Positions 9,963-20,015 of a stretch of DNA of 64,000 bases are shown here, in pieces (the stretch's first letter is position 1; every line of letters starts with the position of its first letter). The position numbers and the translations under genes are program-made. Source of the stretch: a virus (lineage: Duplodnaviria > Heunggongvirae > Uroviricota > Caudoviricetes); the IMG/VR virus record IMGVR_UViG_3300029288_000136; one strand, written 5' to 3'. The notes below the pieces were generated by a model, which saw only the letters and a list, made by a program, of their open reading frames with translations, was not told the origin of the DNA and did no database searches.

Positions 9963-10799
9963 TCAAATACCATTACATGATCCTCTGTAAGCGCAGTAAA
10001 CACATAGCATATTCTCAGATTGGCATGGTAGAATCTCACCTGCCTTCACTTTATCAAGCATCTCAACAGTCTTATCAAGATTCTCCATGAATAACCTTCT
10101 ACCTTTCTCCTTATCAGAACCACTTATCTTAACGGAAACAGGCTTCTCATCTCCAAAGAAAACAAGATACCAATCCCTATCAGATCCAAGACCATTATTA
10201 GACAACAACCACTCATATCCAGCAAGTTGAGTAATATAATCAGAAGACACTTTCTTCTTACCAGTCTTCCAATCAACCTGCTTCAAATCATCAAAGTAGT
10301 CCAGTTGACCTGAAAAAGTATACCCCTTGTAGACAAAATAGAACCTCTTCTCAAGGATACCCTTAGAAAAGTCCATGGGGGTGTCATCAAGCCACATCCT
10401 TGCCTTAACTATGTGCTGTGTGGCCTTATCCCTTGCTTCCAGGAATACTGTTTCAGGTATTCCATCCGAATGTTCTTTAAGCAGTCCTTTTAAAGATCCA
10501 TCCTCCACTTTTCCTTTAGTGAGCAATTGTTCTATCGCGGAATGAGCAGTAGTTCCTATCAGGCCCCTTATATGTTGAGGTGCTTTCTCTATCTTGAAAT
10601 CAGTGGTATTAGACAGATAAGTGTACTGTAGTTTTCTACCACACTTACCAATTTCAGTAATGTGGATAAAGACTTCCGATCCAATTGACTCTGTGTTTGG
10701 TTGTTCATTCTTTTGTTCAATTGAACCTGTTTGTTCAATAGAATTTTCAGTCAATTCTTCAATAAGTTTTCCAATTGATTGTTTAGTTTCTTCTTCCAT
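9963..10799 (-). CDS. Cas4/RecB-family exonuclease with Fe-S cysteines
   Basis: An N-terminal Cys (CGRK) plus C-terminal C-x8-C-x2-C-x5-C (LPCQSENMLCVYCAYRGSC). QLAGYEWLL matches the Q-h-x-x-Y motif. Confidence 0.6.
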   Translation of the reverse strand: MEEETKQSIGKLIEELTENSIEQTGSIEQKNEQPNTESIGSEVFIHITEIGKCGRKLQYTYLSNTTDFKIEKAPQHIRGLIGTTAHSAIEQLLTKGKVEDGSLKGLLKEHSDGIPETVFLEARDKATQHIVKARMWLDDTPMDFSKGILEKRFYFVYKGYTFSGQLDYFDDLKQVDWKTGKKKVSSDYITQLAGYEWLLSNNGLGSDRDWYLVFFGDEKPVSVKISGSDKEKGRRLFMENLDKTVEMLDKVKAGEILPCQSENMLCVYCAYRGSCNGI

Positions 10800-10801
10800 T
10801 C

Positions 10802-11407
10802 TTATTCCTCAGATTCATCCAGTTGCTCTTCCGCTTTATTATTTGAAAAGAAGTCAGCTTCTTCCATTGCTTTCCTAATAGCAGAAGGTTCCTTGTTATC
10901 AGTATCGTCAATTATTTGATTTGTGAACTCTAGTATCTGTTCTTCCTTTGATTTAAGGAGCTTATTCTGACAGTTTTCTATTGCTTTCTTGAAGTATTCT
11001 TCCTCCGCATGTTCTGCCTCATTCCTTGCAGCCCTTAGAGATATGATCAAATTGGTTGTTTCCCTCTCTATCTCACGATATTCCTTCTTTAAGCTTGTTG
11101 AGTTGTTCTTTATCGATATTAATTTAGAGATGGCTGAGTCTATCTTATCTAATGACTCATCATTATATGTTATCTTTTTCCTCATTGACGAAGCATAGTC
11201 AATGAATTCTGACTGTATTACCTTCTTCCTGAACTCCATAGCCTTTGAGATATCTCCATTGAATAAACGCACCGCGTTTTCTTCAAGGACCATTGACACA
11301 ATCTCTCCTTTGTTCGGCAATTGGTTCAATGCTTCTATCATTTGTTGTGGTAGACTTATACTTGTCCCAATTCTCCTCATAGCTTCGTCTTTAACTATTT
11401 TCGGCAT
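10802..11407 (-). CDS. coiled-coil protein
   Basis: 201 aa, E/K-rich heptad-like sequence. Confidence 0.4.
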   Translation of the reverse strand: MPKIVKDEAMRRIGTSISLPQQMIEALNQLPNKGEIVSMVLEENAVRLFNGDISKAMEFRKKVIQSEFIDYASSMRKKITYNDESLDKIDSAISKLISIKNNSTSLKKEYREIERETTNLIISLRAARNEAEHAEEEYFKKAIENCQNKLLKSKEEQILEFTNQIIDDTDNKEPSAIRKAMEEADFFSNNKAEEQLDESEE

Positions 11408-11439
11408 AATTATTCACCTATTCTATTTTTATTATTTGA

Positions 11440-11631
11440 TTACCACTCAATGTCTCCTTTACTGAAAGATATTGCTGCAAAGATCATACATACAGAACAC
11501 CAAATACTTACAATAATCCATTCATTTGCAAAGATGTGAAATATAGCTAGAAGAATACTAAAACTCCATAAACCAAGGAATATTATTCTATTTATTATTG
11601 TTGTTCTTTGATCTTTGACAATCTTTGGCAT
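11440..11631 (-). CDS. small membrane protein
   Basis: 63 aa with two hydrophobic segments. Confidence 0.3.
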   Translation of the reverse strand: MPKIVKDQRTTIINRIIFLGLWSFSILLAIFHIFANEWIIVSIWCSVCMIFAAISFSKGDIEW

Positions 11632-11750
11632 TTTCTTTTATCAATTAGTATTCTAAGTCTTCAGATTCCTGATCCATTGCTTGTTCTGATTCAGGTAATT
11701 GAGAATCAAAGGACTTGTATAAAAGAGCTTCCTCAGCTTCCAGGTCAATA

Positions 11751-12020
11751 TCAATGTTGGAGTATTAGGGGATCCACCATATATTCAATGACCATAACAG
11801 TACCCCCACAGCAGGTGCAATACTTGACCACGCGGGGATCACCAGATAGGACAGATACCTCTATCCAGCGTATGATGTTGGGCTCCAGGCAGTTGCATCT
11901 TTTTCCGAATTTATCCATTCTTTTAAGCTTGGAATAGATGGCGTTGTCTAATTTCTTCTTACAGTTTAGGAGTTTGTCTATGTCAGGAGCCTGCTCAATC
12001 AAAGAATCAATAAATTCCAT
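11751..12020 (-). CDS. hypothetical Cys-containing protein
   Basis: 89 aa with CNC...CTCCGG. Lies downstream of dispersed repeat copy A. Confidence 0.35.
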   Translation of the reverse strand: MEFIDSLIEQAPDIDKLLNCKKKLDNAIYSKLKRMDKFGKRCNCLEPNIIRWIEVSVLSGDPRVVKYCTCCGGTVMVIEYMVDPLILQH

Positions 12021-12132
12021 TGTGTGTTTAATTTAATAATTATCAACTACTTTTTGTCTTATTATTTATTAGATAACCAAGTATAAATACTGGAAATTGC
12101 TGGAGCTGGGCAGAAAATAGGAGGATTATTAA

Positions 12133-12199
12133 TTATAAATAATTAAAAATAGAATTATTTTTTAAATCTAATAGGATTTTTAATTATTAATAAAAAATA
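12133..12199. repeat. dispersed ~70-bp AT-rich repeat, copy A
   Basis: TTATAAATAATTAAAAATAGAAT...CTAATAGGATT...TAATTATT, about 85% identical to 45325..45393 in the same orientation. Contains a TTTATAAATA TATA-box-like core on the minus strand. Confidence 0.65.
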
Positions 12200-12218
12200 A
12201 AACCTTCTATTTTCTTAG

Positions 12219-13385
12219 TTAAAAGGTGTATTTAGCTGATTGTACTCTTGGTTTTGCCACCACAACTCCATTAATATCCATGAGTAATTGTTCCTTGACT
12301 GCTAACTTGATCCAGAGTGAGTTGATTCGTGGTTTACTCATCTGATAGTATTTCTCAAAGAAGAAAAATAAATCCTCTTTGGTCATGGGGTTGGGCTCAT
12401 TCAATACTACTTGATACATGGCTTCCTTCTCAGGATCATCCCGCAGTATCATCCTATTCTTGCATTCATCTCTCAATAGGGCTTTGAGTGTGTCGTCTAC
12501 TATGATGTCAGGGAAAGTGCCATTGGCTGCAGCATAACCTACTGCGATCCTCTTATACAATGATTCTTCAAAGTGTGGGACTGCCATTGTTGTGTCTATG
12601 AGCTTCTCTACCTCTGAGACATCTATCTTATCAATCAATTTAGCCAGTTCATATAACTCAGCCACTTCAGCAGCCACTTCGTTCTTAACGCATTCAGAGA
12701 TGGGGCGTTTCATCCTTGGGTCTCTGCCAGCTTTCTTCAATTGGATTGCTATTGTTGGAGTAGGGAATATGATTTGAATGACAAAACGCCTCAATAAACC
12801 TGATGCAGTGTCCATATTGGTTAAGCGTAGACCAGGCCATATAGTAGTTCCTATCATGGTCTCTGTGATTTCTCCAGAGCATAGATCTTTGGTTGCGGTG
12901 TCTCCGTCCAATGCTGATAGGAGATACACTTCTTCATTTGTTGAGATAGCGTTCTCGGCAAGGAGTTTGAGACGCATAAACTCGTCTGCTCCAACCATCC
13001 CTCTCTTGAATCTGCTGAAGACTCCCTTGGTTGTGATGAGTTCTCCGTCCTTGCCTGTCTTCTTGTTTGAGATGGTGCCAAGCCAGCATTCAGCTGAGAA
13101 TGTGGAGCGGACTGAGACAGGGAATGTAGTGTTAGAGGAGAGGATTCCATTGGGGCCAAGGTAGAAATTAATAGTTTGAGACTTGGTGAATCCAGAAGGA
13201 GCCATAATGCCTTCGTGTAATCGGTAATTCTCCCTGCGACCAGCGTGATAATGGCGGTCAGTATCCAAGTTGGCAAGGTTGATAACATGGGATGCTATGG
13301 ATGCACAGGCTCGCTCAGTAAGGAAGGGGAATTGGATCAAGCCCATGTTCTCGTTCTCCTGCTTAACGATTGATAATAAAGACAT
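12219..13385 (-). CDS. hypothetical protein (388 aa)
   Basis: Long ORF with a GGGAGG SD 8 nt upstream of the ATG. No motif recognised. Confidence 0.5.
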   Translation of the reverse strand: MSLLSIVKQENENMGLIQFPFLTERACASIASHVINLANLDTDRHYHAGRRENYRLHEGIMAPSGFTKSQTINFYLGPNGILSSNTTFPVSVRSTFSAECWLGTISNKKTGKDGELITTKGVFSRFKRGMVGADEFMRLKLLAENAISTNEEVYLLSALDGDTATKDLCSGEITETMIGTTIWPGLRLTNMDTASGLLRRFVIQIIFPTPTIAIQLKKAGRDPRMKRPISECVKNEVAAEVAELYELAKLIDKIDVSEVEKLIDTTMAVPHFEESLYKRIAVGYAAANGTFPDIIVDDTLKALLRDECKNRMILRDDPEKEAMYQVVLNEPNPMTKEDLFFFFEKYYQMSKPRINSLWIKLAVKEQLLMDINGVVVAKPRVQSAKYTF

Positions 13386-13386
13386 C

Positions 13387-13632
13387 TTAGCCGCCTCCCT
13401 GCTTATCTTCCATCATTGAATCATTGAGAAAGATCTTGTTTGTAGTGGTCTTCTGATAGATTATCTTGGAATTCCTTCTAATCAATAAGTCAGATATGTC
13501 CTGTCTAAGCTGTTGGATGTCCTCTGCGTTCCCTTTGAAGACCACTCCATAGTTCACCAATAAAGGCATAATTGATGGAGTAGATTCTTTCTTGTCGGTT
13601 GATTCAGGTCTTTTCATTTTGTAGTTTATCAT
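13387..13632 (-). CDS. hypothetical protein
   Basis: 81-aa ORF in the chain. Confidence 0.3.
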   Translation of the reverse strand: MINYKMKRPESTDKKESTPSIMPLLVNYGVVFKGNAEDIQQLRQDISDLLIRRNSKIIYQKTTTNKIFLNDSMMEDKQGGG

Positions 13633-13990
13633 TAGATTTGATTGGGACCATTATATAGATACGTTTACCTCTCTTGCAGATATCATAAGGAAAGACACCA
13701 TGCTTCTTTAACACTAATATTCTGCTCACAATAGCCCTATGATCCATATCATTTGAATCATAGAACGCTCTTCTCACAATGTGTTTGACTCCAAGAATCC
13801 TTAATCTATCATGTATGGTAGTGATTGATAAGACTTGGAATCCTTCTTCGAATAGGAATTCAACTGTTTCAAGGACCAATTCGGTGAATTGATCCAATGA
13901 AATAGTCTCCAATGAGGTCAAAGAAGAGAGGGGCTTCTTTGACTGTATCCTCAGTTGGGAGTGTTCCTTATACTTTGTCAACTGTTCCAT
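13604..13990 (-). CDS. hypothetical protein
   Basis: 128-aa ORF. Confidence 0.35.
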   Translation of the reverse strand: MEQLTKYKEHSQLRIQSKKPLSSLTSLETISLDQFTELVLETVEFLFEEGFQVLSITTIHDRLRILGVKHIVRRAFYDSNDMDHRAIVSRILVLKKHGVFPYDICKRGKRIYIMVPIKSNDKLQNEKT

Positions 13991-14948
13991 TTGTCTTTCC
14001 TTCTGCTATGGCTTTGGAATTGTTTATCCTGTGCTCCTCATTCATGTTCAATACGAAGTCGTCCCTTATCTGGGAGTAGAGACCGACAAATTCTGTTGTA
14101 GATTTATCATTGCCTGTTCCTGGAGTGGTCTTTGATATTGTGTATTTGCGCCCTTCCAGTTCAGGGCTGCCTCTTGTCTTCTCCAATAGGGCGATTCGTT
14201 TGATGGTCCCGTACTCGTCTATTCTTTTGATGATGAAGCGGTAGCTAATGTAATCTGGGAAGGTCTTGTACCAGATAGGGACATCTTCTTTCACTATCTC
14301 CCTCTTCTCATTTACCTTGTCTTCAGTGTGTGTAGTAACGATCATATCTAGTCCATTGTCACGGGCATAGAAGTATATGAGTTCAAAGGCTTCGATTATG
14401 TAATCGTTACGGAGATTCCAATCTTCTGCACTCACTTTAATAGTGTCGTCTTCCTTCTTGCCGAAGTATTTGATCTTTTCCAATGGGATGTTCTTGGCTT
14501 GGAGCATCATCTTGAAAGAGCGTTGTTTGAGACGGTCAACTCCTTCGAAGGCCAGGAGACCGAATTGGCCTTTGTTTACTTCAAGTGTCTTCTTGACTGC
14601 GGACATTCCTATCTTCAAGCCTCTGCGATAATCGTCTCCGCAGGTGGTTCCTGAGACCACTATGAATCTATCGCGCAAGTGTGGATAGTGTGTTGAGATG
14701 ATTTTGTTGATGCTTCCATCCATGTCAAATACGAGACACTTTTTGTCTTTGGGAAGATTGGAGGCAAAGTCACATATGATGCTGCTCTTACAGGTGGAGT
14801 CTTTGCCGCACAATGCTATCACATTGGGGTCCATCACTGTGAAGGCTTCATCTATCTCGGCTTCTGAGATGTCATTTACTATTTCATCTTTTTTCTTGGT
14901 TCCATTCCAGGAACTTATATCAAATGTTTTACCTGCCATTTTGTTCAC
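13968..14948 (-). CDS. PAPS-reductase-like PP-loop ATP-pyrophosphatase family protein
   Basis: VIALCGKDSTCKSS approximates the PP-loop SGGKDS(xV), degenerate by one residue. Size is typical of phage PAPS-reductase-like proteins. Confidence 0.45.
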   Translation of the reverse strand: MNKMAGKTFDISSWNGTKKKDEIVNDISEAEIDEAFTVMDPNVIALCGKDSTCKSSIICDFASNLPKDKKCLVFDMDGSINKIISTHYPHLRDRFIVVSGTTCGDDYRRGLKIGMSAVKKTLEVNKGQFGLLAFEGVDRLKQRSFKMMLQAKNIPLEKIKYFGKKEDDTIKVSAEDWNLRNDYIIEAFELIYFYARDNGLDMIVTTHTEDKVNEKREIVKEDVPIWYKTFPDYISYRFIIKRIDEYGTIKRIALLEKTRGSPELEGRKYTISKTTPGTGNDKSTTEFVGLYSQIRDDFVLNMNEEHRINNSKAIAEGKTNGTVDKV

Positions 14949-15122
14949 ATACTTTCACTTACGTCTTTAGCTATTGCCATCATGTCTATCATAACTGCTT
15001 TCATTCCATCCATAAATTCCTTATATTCTGTTGGATTGGTCTTTCTCAGTATCACTAATTTCTCAAGGAAATCAGTATTGCTCATATCAATGCTTGCCAT
15101 TTTCTTTAATTACAAATTATCT

Positions 15123-15311
15123 TTAGTTTTTTGATTGATGTTCCACTCTTATATAATATTTGGATAAGGAGTGATGCTTTAGACAATTCTTACAGGTGCA
15201 GCGATCATACTTATAGGTTAATTTGGATTTGGTATCATCTTCCAAATCAAGTCCGCATAAGGTTTCCTGCTTGTCTGAATTGTATAAGTGGATACGAAAA
15301 GGTCTTGGCAT
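15123..15311 (-). CDS. zinc-finger mini-protein
   Basis: C...C...CTCKNC. Confidence 0.3.
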   Translation of the reverse strand: MPRPFRIHLYNSDKQETLCGLDLEDDTKSKLTYKYDRCTCKNCLKHHSLSKYYIRVEHQSKN

Positions 15312-15384
15312 CTTGCTCTCCTTTTAATTGATAAGAAAAACATTGGAGAAGCGGAAGTTGTCTTCTCCAATGAGGGGGAATTGC

Positions 15385-16146
15385 TTAGATAACTGCTCGC
15401 GCATTTATCTGAGTTTTTCCGCCCTTGTCCTGGTTCACATATCCGAAGACAGTGATCTTCTTTCCTTTTGCCGTCTTGTCTGTCTCAGGTCCGTTCACAT
15501 ATACTGTGACTGGGATCCCTTTTATGGAGACAAGTTCAAGTCCGTGTCCGCCATCATACTTGAAGACCCTTCCAACTATGCCAGTGAAGAACTCGCTCTT
15601 CTTCATGTAGTTGTCGGCTTCAGATATGTTGTGGACTCCTATCTTCTGGACCAGCTGCTCGGTTGTCGGGAACGTGGCGGTGGACGCTTTGATTATGTCC
15701 TTGCCTTCTCCCAGCACTCGCAGCTTGGGCAGTTGATCACCGTTGCCTGCTACCAGCTTGGCTTTGCAGTCATACAGTTCTCCTTCAGATACTCCGTCCA
15801 ATAGGGCTATGCGGTCATTGTAGAAGGATGCATCGTATAATACATCCTTTTCCAGTTTGCCGTCCACTCCTACAAAGGCATATACGCGGGCCACTGTGTA
15901 GGGCTCTTTGCCTTCTTTGGTTGGCTTCACAACTTGGGGGTCGCTTATTGATAGGACCCTCATTGTGATCTCTGCCACTCGTCCTCCGAATAGGTTTGCA
16001 TTCTCTGACTTCCATAGACAGAATGCAGTCTCTTCGTCATATCCCTTTGTTACCATTTCAGCTATTGCTTTTTCAATATCAGCCAATGGTACCCCAGTTG
16101 TTGTTGAGGCTATTATTGCCTCCTTCTCTATGTTTTTGTCTTGCAT
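15385..16146 (-). CDS. RPA/SSB-like single-stranded DNA-binding protein (two OB folds)
   Basis: Two segments alternating beta-strand-like patterns with K/G-rich loops (RVAEITMRVLSI...YTVARVYAFVGVDGK and GIVGRVFKYDGGHGLELVSIKGIPVTVYV...). Recombination-module context. Confidence 0.4.
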   Translation of the reverse strand: MQDKNIEKEAIIASTTTGVPLADIEKAIAEMVTKGYDEETAFCLWKSENANLFGGRVAEITMRVLSISDPQVVKPTKEGKEPYTVARVYAFVGVDGKLEKDVLYDASFYNDRIALLDGVSEGELYDCKAKLVAGNGDQLPKLRVLGEGKDIIKASTATFPTTEQLVQKIGVHNISEADNYMKKSEFFTGIVGRVFKYDGGHGLELVSIKGIPVTVYVNGPETDKTAKGKKITVFGYVNQDKGGKTQINARAVI

Positions 16147-16184
16147 TTTCTTTTGTTCTACCTCACTCCCTCATGGGGAATGGG

Positions 16185-16520
16185 CTAATCTTTGGGATTA
16201 GTGTGAGTTTTATCTTCAGTTCTCTTTGATACTTCTTCTCTTGAGACTTGGAATAAAGGAATTCTGTTGTCGCATACAGGACAATATACACATGCTTCTT
16301 TGATCTTGTACTTGGTGTATTCCAGAGTCTCTTTGTCTATTACGCTTCTGATGTATGTAGTGATGCCAAGCCAGTTTTTAATCTCTTTTTTCTTGTATGT
16401 TGTATTTGCATCAGTCATCTCTTCTTTCTCTCTTTCTTTGTACATCAGGTCTTCTTTTGAGTAACTTGACACAAACCTACATTGAGGACAAGTTATATAT
16501 CTTTCTCTTGTGTTTGCCAT
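16185..16520 (-). CDS. zinc-ribbon protein
   Basis: CPQC and CVYCPVC pairs. Start placed at the internal Met to avoid a 74-nt overlap. Confidence 0.35.
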   Translation of the reverse strand: MANTRERYITCPQCRFVSSYSKEDLMYKEREKEEMTDANTTYKKKEIKNWLGITTYIRSVIDKETLEYTKYKIKEACVYCPVCDNRIPLFQVSREEVSKRTEDKTHTNPKD

Positions 16521-16530
16521 TTTCAGTTGA

Positions 16531-16842
16531 TTATCGATGTTGTCTTTTGATTGCGAATACTTGTCTTGTATAAGCAAGATATACCTTAGTGTTATTTTCT
16601 TCAATTACATGTGCGTGTTCAGTTCCCAATGCCACATGATTTCCTTTGTGTCCATGATCCATTGTGCAGTGATATGCTTTGTAAATTGATTGGTCTGATT
16701 CAAAGGCGAATTCAGTTGGAATATGTATGTAGTGGTCTTTGTCAACTAATCGTTTTCCACAAGGAGTTGGACTTATCTCCACATCTGAGACAAGTTGACC
16801 AACCTTTAAGTAGTTCTGCCAGGGCGTGTCTTTAGCTTTCAT
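16531..16842 (-). CDS. hypothetical protein
   Basis: 103 aa, His-rich. Confidence 0.3.
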   Translation of the reverse strand: MKAKDTPWQNYLKVGQLVSDVEISPTPCGKRLVDKDHYIHIPTEFAFESDQSIYKAYHCTMDHGHKGNHVALGTEHAHVIEENNTKVYLAYTRQVFAIKRQHR

Positions 16843-17048
16843 TCTTTGATTTCTTTATCATGTATCTCTTTGACAATGGATTCAATCATAGTTATCAGTG
16901 TTTCCTTTCTTGTCTCATTTATAACACTATCCTTTATCACAGAGTATACAATGGATAGAACAAAGGAGTCATTGATGTCTTCATCTATTCCTTTGTATTC
17001 TGCTTTGTCCATGAATTCCCTTACCATTGAACCAATCGTAGTTGTCAT
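16839..17048 (-). CDS. hypothetical protein
   Basis: 69 aa, 4-nt overlap with the downstream gene. Confidence 0.3.
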   Translation of the reverse strand: MTTTIGSMVREFMDKAEYKGIDEDINDSFVLSIVYSVIKDSVINETRKETLITMIESIVKEIHDKEIKE

Positions 17049-17207
17049 TTTATGTTTTTGAAACTGAGTCTATTAAATAGTGTATCCTCTTTGCAGCTTC
17101 TCTCTCTTCTTCTTTTGAATTGGAACATACTAATACATGATCTACAAGGCAGTTTAAGTCATCTAAATCCAATGTTATTTTGGTATCAATTATCTTTGGC
17201 ATTTTAT

Positions 17208-18968
17208 TTACTCTTTAATTAGATTGAAGAAGGTTTGGGGGAGTAGGGATAAGTGGGATATTATCTTGAAGTTCCTGCGTTGAGGACCGAGGATGTCGTT
17301 GTAGTCCTTGATAACTCTCTCTCTCATTGAAGCGTCTGATTGAATGTAAGCAATTCCATAGATTGAGATGCCTGAGCGGTGAGCTATCTTGGATTGCTCA
17401 ATGGCTTCCTGCTTGTCTGATGCTATGCCGTCAGAAATGAAGAGGATGCGTTTTATGTTATTGGCTTTGCATCTTGTAATGGCAGTCCCAAGGGCTCGTC
17501 CAAGAGGGGTGAGTTTGTCAGCGTCAAAGCCTCCAAGCAAGGCACGGGTTTGGTCTGTGAATCGTTCTGTTCGTTCCTTTACCATGCGGATCTGATCCTT
17601 GTGTCCAAAGTATAGCATCTCGTATTTAATCTTGGTTGTGGTGAGGGCTTCACATATTATTGCTAGTGACATTATGTATTGGTTCTCGTATTGGGAGACG
17701 CTTCCTGAGTTGTCCACTAATATGTATAAGTCGGTTTTGTTTGAGATGCGTTCTTCATTGTTGAAGTATTTGTCGGAGCAGGAGATGTAGGCTTCAGGGT
17801 CGAAGTCTTCTCCTTCAGTGTCTAAGTGCTCATCCCAGCCAATGGTCCACTTCTTGAGACGCTGCTTCATGTCAAGGGTTTCGCGTTGGACTGCTCCCTT
17901 CAATGTGTTGTATCTGCCGATGTCTGAGGAATTGGAGCGGATTATTGGTGTCTTGGCTATCTTCATCTGTTGTGTGTATTGGTCGCATAGTGATTTGAAT
18001 TCTACCTTGAGTTCTTCTGTTGGGGAGGTTTCATCGGAGTCTATTTGTTGCAGGATCTTTTCGACTGCTTCAAGGCTTCCTCTTATTGATGCTTCGGATG
18101 TTTGTATCTTTTGTCCAGGAGTTGTGTTAGTATCAAGTTCTCCAGGTGCTTGGATATAGACCATGTTCAAGCCTTGGGAGTTTGGGTCGAGTTCTTGAGA
18201 GGTTGATCCATTCTCTTTCCTTTCATTGTATTGGTCTCTGAAATCGGGTTCATCTGGGAATAGTTTGGAGAACTTGAATGTGGACTCTATTGCTTGGTCT
18301 GTGGTCTCGATGTCTTGGAATTCAGGTATCAATGCTTTTAGTTGTGTTAGGAGTTCAGGTGAGAGTTTTTCATACATTGGGTTGGTGTCTCTTTCAGTGT
18401 CTTTGGATATGGAGCGGAGAGAGTCGAGGATGTAGAGTCCTGCGATTCTAACAGTTGAGAGAGAGTGCTTTAATCTTGTGTATTCCTTTGCGTTCTTCTT
18501 CAAGTAGTATTGGTCTCTGAAGCGTTGTTCTCTGTAGTAGCCTGTGTAAGTGCGAAGACTGATTTTTTCTATGCGGTAATCTTCTAAGGCATTGAATAAT
18601 TGGAAGATGAATTTGTCTTTGGCGTGTTCTTTTGGCAGTATGTCAGGGTTTATGTGGGGTGTGTGCCAGATGTGGAGTGATTCATGGAAAGTCTCAAAGC
18701 GGAAGAGTCTCCATATATTGAAGTCTTGGGTTAGATCGCCTGAAAACATTGGGAGTTGAGGAATGAGAATTGTGCCTCTGCTGTCTTTAGTAATTAGTGT
18801 GGAGAATCCTTTGTTTGTGAGTGAGGTGATTATATGAGTATTCTTGCATTTGGACCATACACGAGCCAAATGATTCAAGTGATCTACTCTTACATCATTG
18901 GTATAAGTGGTTTGAATAGATTGCTGTTGAGACATATTATCAATGTCGTCTGGAGTTGGTTGTTTCAT
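17208..18968 (-). CDS. CobT/NorD/CbbO-like protein with C-terminal von Willebrand factor A domain
   Basis: MIDAS DxSxS motif (LYILVDNSGSVS) and ILFISDGIAS in the C-terminal third. 586 aa. Partner of the MoxR ATPase 1 kb upstream. Confidence 0.6.
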   Translation of the reverse strand: MKQPTPDDIDNMSQQQSIQTTYTNDVRVDHLNHLARVWSKCKNTHIITSLTNKGFSTLITKDSRGTILIPQLPMFSGDLTQDFNIWRLFRFETFHESLHIWHTPHINPDILPKEHAKDKFIFQLFNALEDYRIEKISLRTYTGYYREQRFRDQYYLKKNAKEYTRLKHSLSTVRIAGLYILDSLRSISKDTERDTNPMYEKLSPELLTQLKALIPEFQDIETTDQAIESTFKFSKLFPDEPDFRDQYNERKENGSTSQELDPNSQGLNMVYIQAPGELDTNTTPGQKIQTSEASIRGSLEAVEKILQQIDSDETSPTEELKVEFKSLCDQYTQQMKIAKTPIIRSNSSDIGRYNTLKGAVQRETLDMKQRLKKWTIGWDEHLDTEGEDFDPEAYISCSDKYFNNEERISNKTDLYILVDNSGSVSQYENQYIMSLAIICEALTTTKIKYEMLYFGHKDQIRMVKERTERFTDQTRALLGGFDADKLTPLGRALGTAITRCKANNIKRILFISDGIASDKQEAIEQSKIAHRSGISIYGIAYIQSDASMRERVIKDYNDILGPQRRNFKIISHLSLLPQTFFNLIKE

Positions 18969-19110
18969 AGTCTCACTCTTATTCTTTGTTTAACTGGTTT
19001 GCATTTATGCTCTTTCATCTCTCTTGGAGTTGGATTTAATAGTAATAACCCACATGACTTACATTTCCAGTTTACTCCAATTGTTAGTTGTTTCATCTTG
19101 CTCCTAAGTG

Positions 19111-19365
19111 TTATAACTCTAAAAGTAACTTTGCATCATTATTCCATGTTCCATCTTTGTTCTCACGCCATGACATGTCTATAAACAAATTCTTCAAGTC
19201 CAGAATGTAAGCAGATTTGTAGTGATGATTTGAGAGTTCTATGGCGATGGCTTCTGCTATTCCAGCAGTTTCAGGTTGTCCTCTTCTTTGATATATGTCT
19301 CTTTTATCTTCCATTGATTTGATATAATATATCTGGGCTTCTTTGTATTCATCCATTGTAATCAC
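19111..19365 (-). CDS. hypothetical protein
   Basis: 84 aa. Confidence 0.3.
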   Translation of the reverse strand: MITMDEYKEAQIYYIKSMEDKRDIYQRRGQPETAGIAEAIAIELSNHHYKSAYILDLKNLFIDMSWRENKDGTWNNDAKLLLEL

Positions 19366-19586
19366 TCCAATTTGATCTTACCTTGTTTGTATTGATGATA
19401 TAATCTGACAACCAATCCTTTGTCTCTTATAGCGATTACTTGATTGTAGGAGCGATCTATGAATTTGGAGATTAATTCTAAGACAGTGAACCATGTGAGC
19501 ATTATTCCAAGTAGGGATATACAGAGACAATCCAGGAAACCAAGGATTATCAGTGTATAGTAAATTGATTCGAGTATTGGGATCAT
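19362..19586 (-). CDS. small two-helix membrane protein (holin-like?)
   Basis: 74 aa with two hydrophobic helices and a charged C-terminus. Confidence 0.3.
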   Translation of the reverse strand: MIPILESIYYTLIILGFLDCLCISLLGIMLTWFTVLELISKFIDRSYNQVIAIRDKGLVVRLYHQYKQGKIKLE

Positions 19587-19828
19587 TCTAATTTCCTCTT
19601 TACATATTCAGCTCTTGCTCTTTGTTCCAGTTCTTCTGCTTTGGAGAGATCGAAGTTGAAGTATTCGAAGGCGGCTAGTATTTGAACTAGGGATTGAACT
19701 ACTGCTTCTTCCACTTCTTTTTGTGTTGTCAGTTCATGTGAGCAGCATCCGCAGCCAGTTGATCTGGCACTGAATCCTTCTTCATCTATTTTGTTATCTT
19801 TATTAGACCAGAAACTCATTAGTCCCAT
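19583..19828 (-). CDS. hypothetical protein
   Basis: 81 aa, CGCC motif. Confidence 0.3.
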   Translation of the reverse strand: MGLMSFWSNKDNKIDEEGFSARSTGCGCCSHELTTQKEVEEAVVQSLVQILAAFEYFNFDLSKAEELEQRARAEYVKRKLE

Positions 19829-20015
19829 TTTAGTTTTTATTTTTTATTCTCTTTGGACAATGATCTATATCGCAGAGACATAATACACCTGGGCCTTCAT
19901 GTCTTGCATAGCATATTGCAGCTTCCATTGTCTCATTTTTGTTGTGTATGATTTCTCTTGAAAGACAATCCTCATTTGAGGTGCTTATTATCCAAGTTAG
20001 TCCCATTTTGCTTGT

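Noticed and set aside
12219-13385. The 388-aa protein as an integrase or primase.
   Set aside because: No R-H-R-Y tyrosine-recombinase pattern, AEP primase motif or HUH motif is visible. Left as hypothetical.
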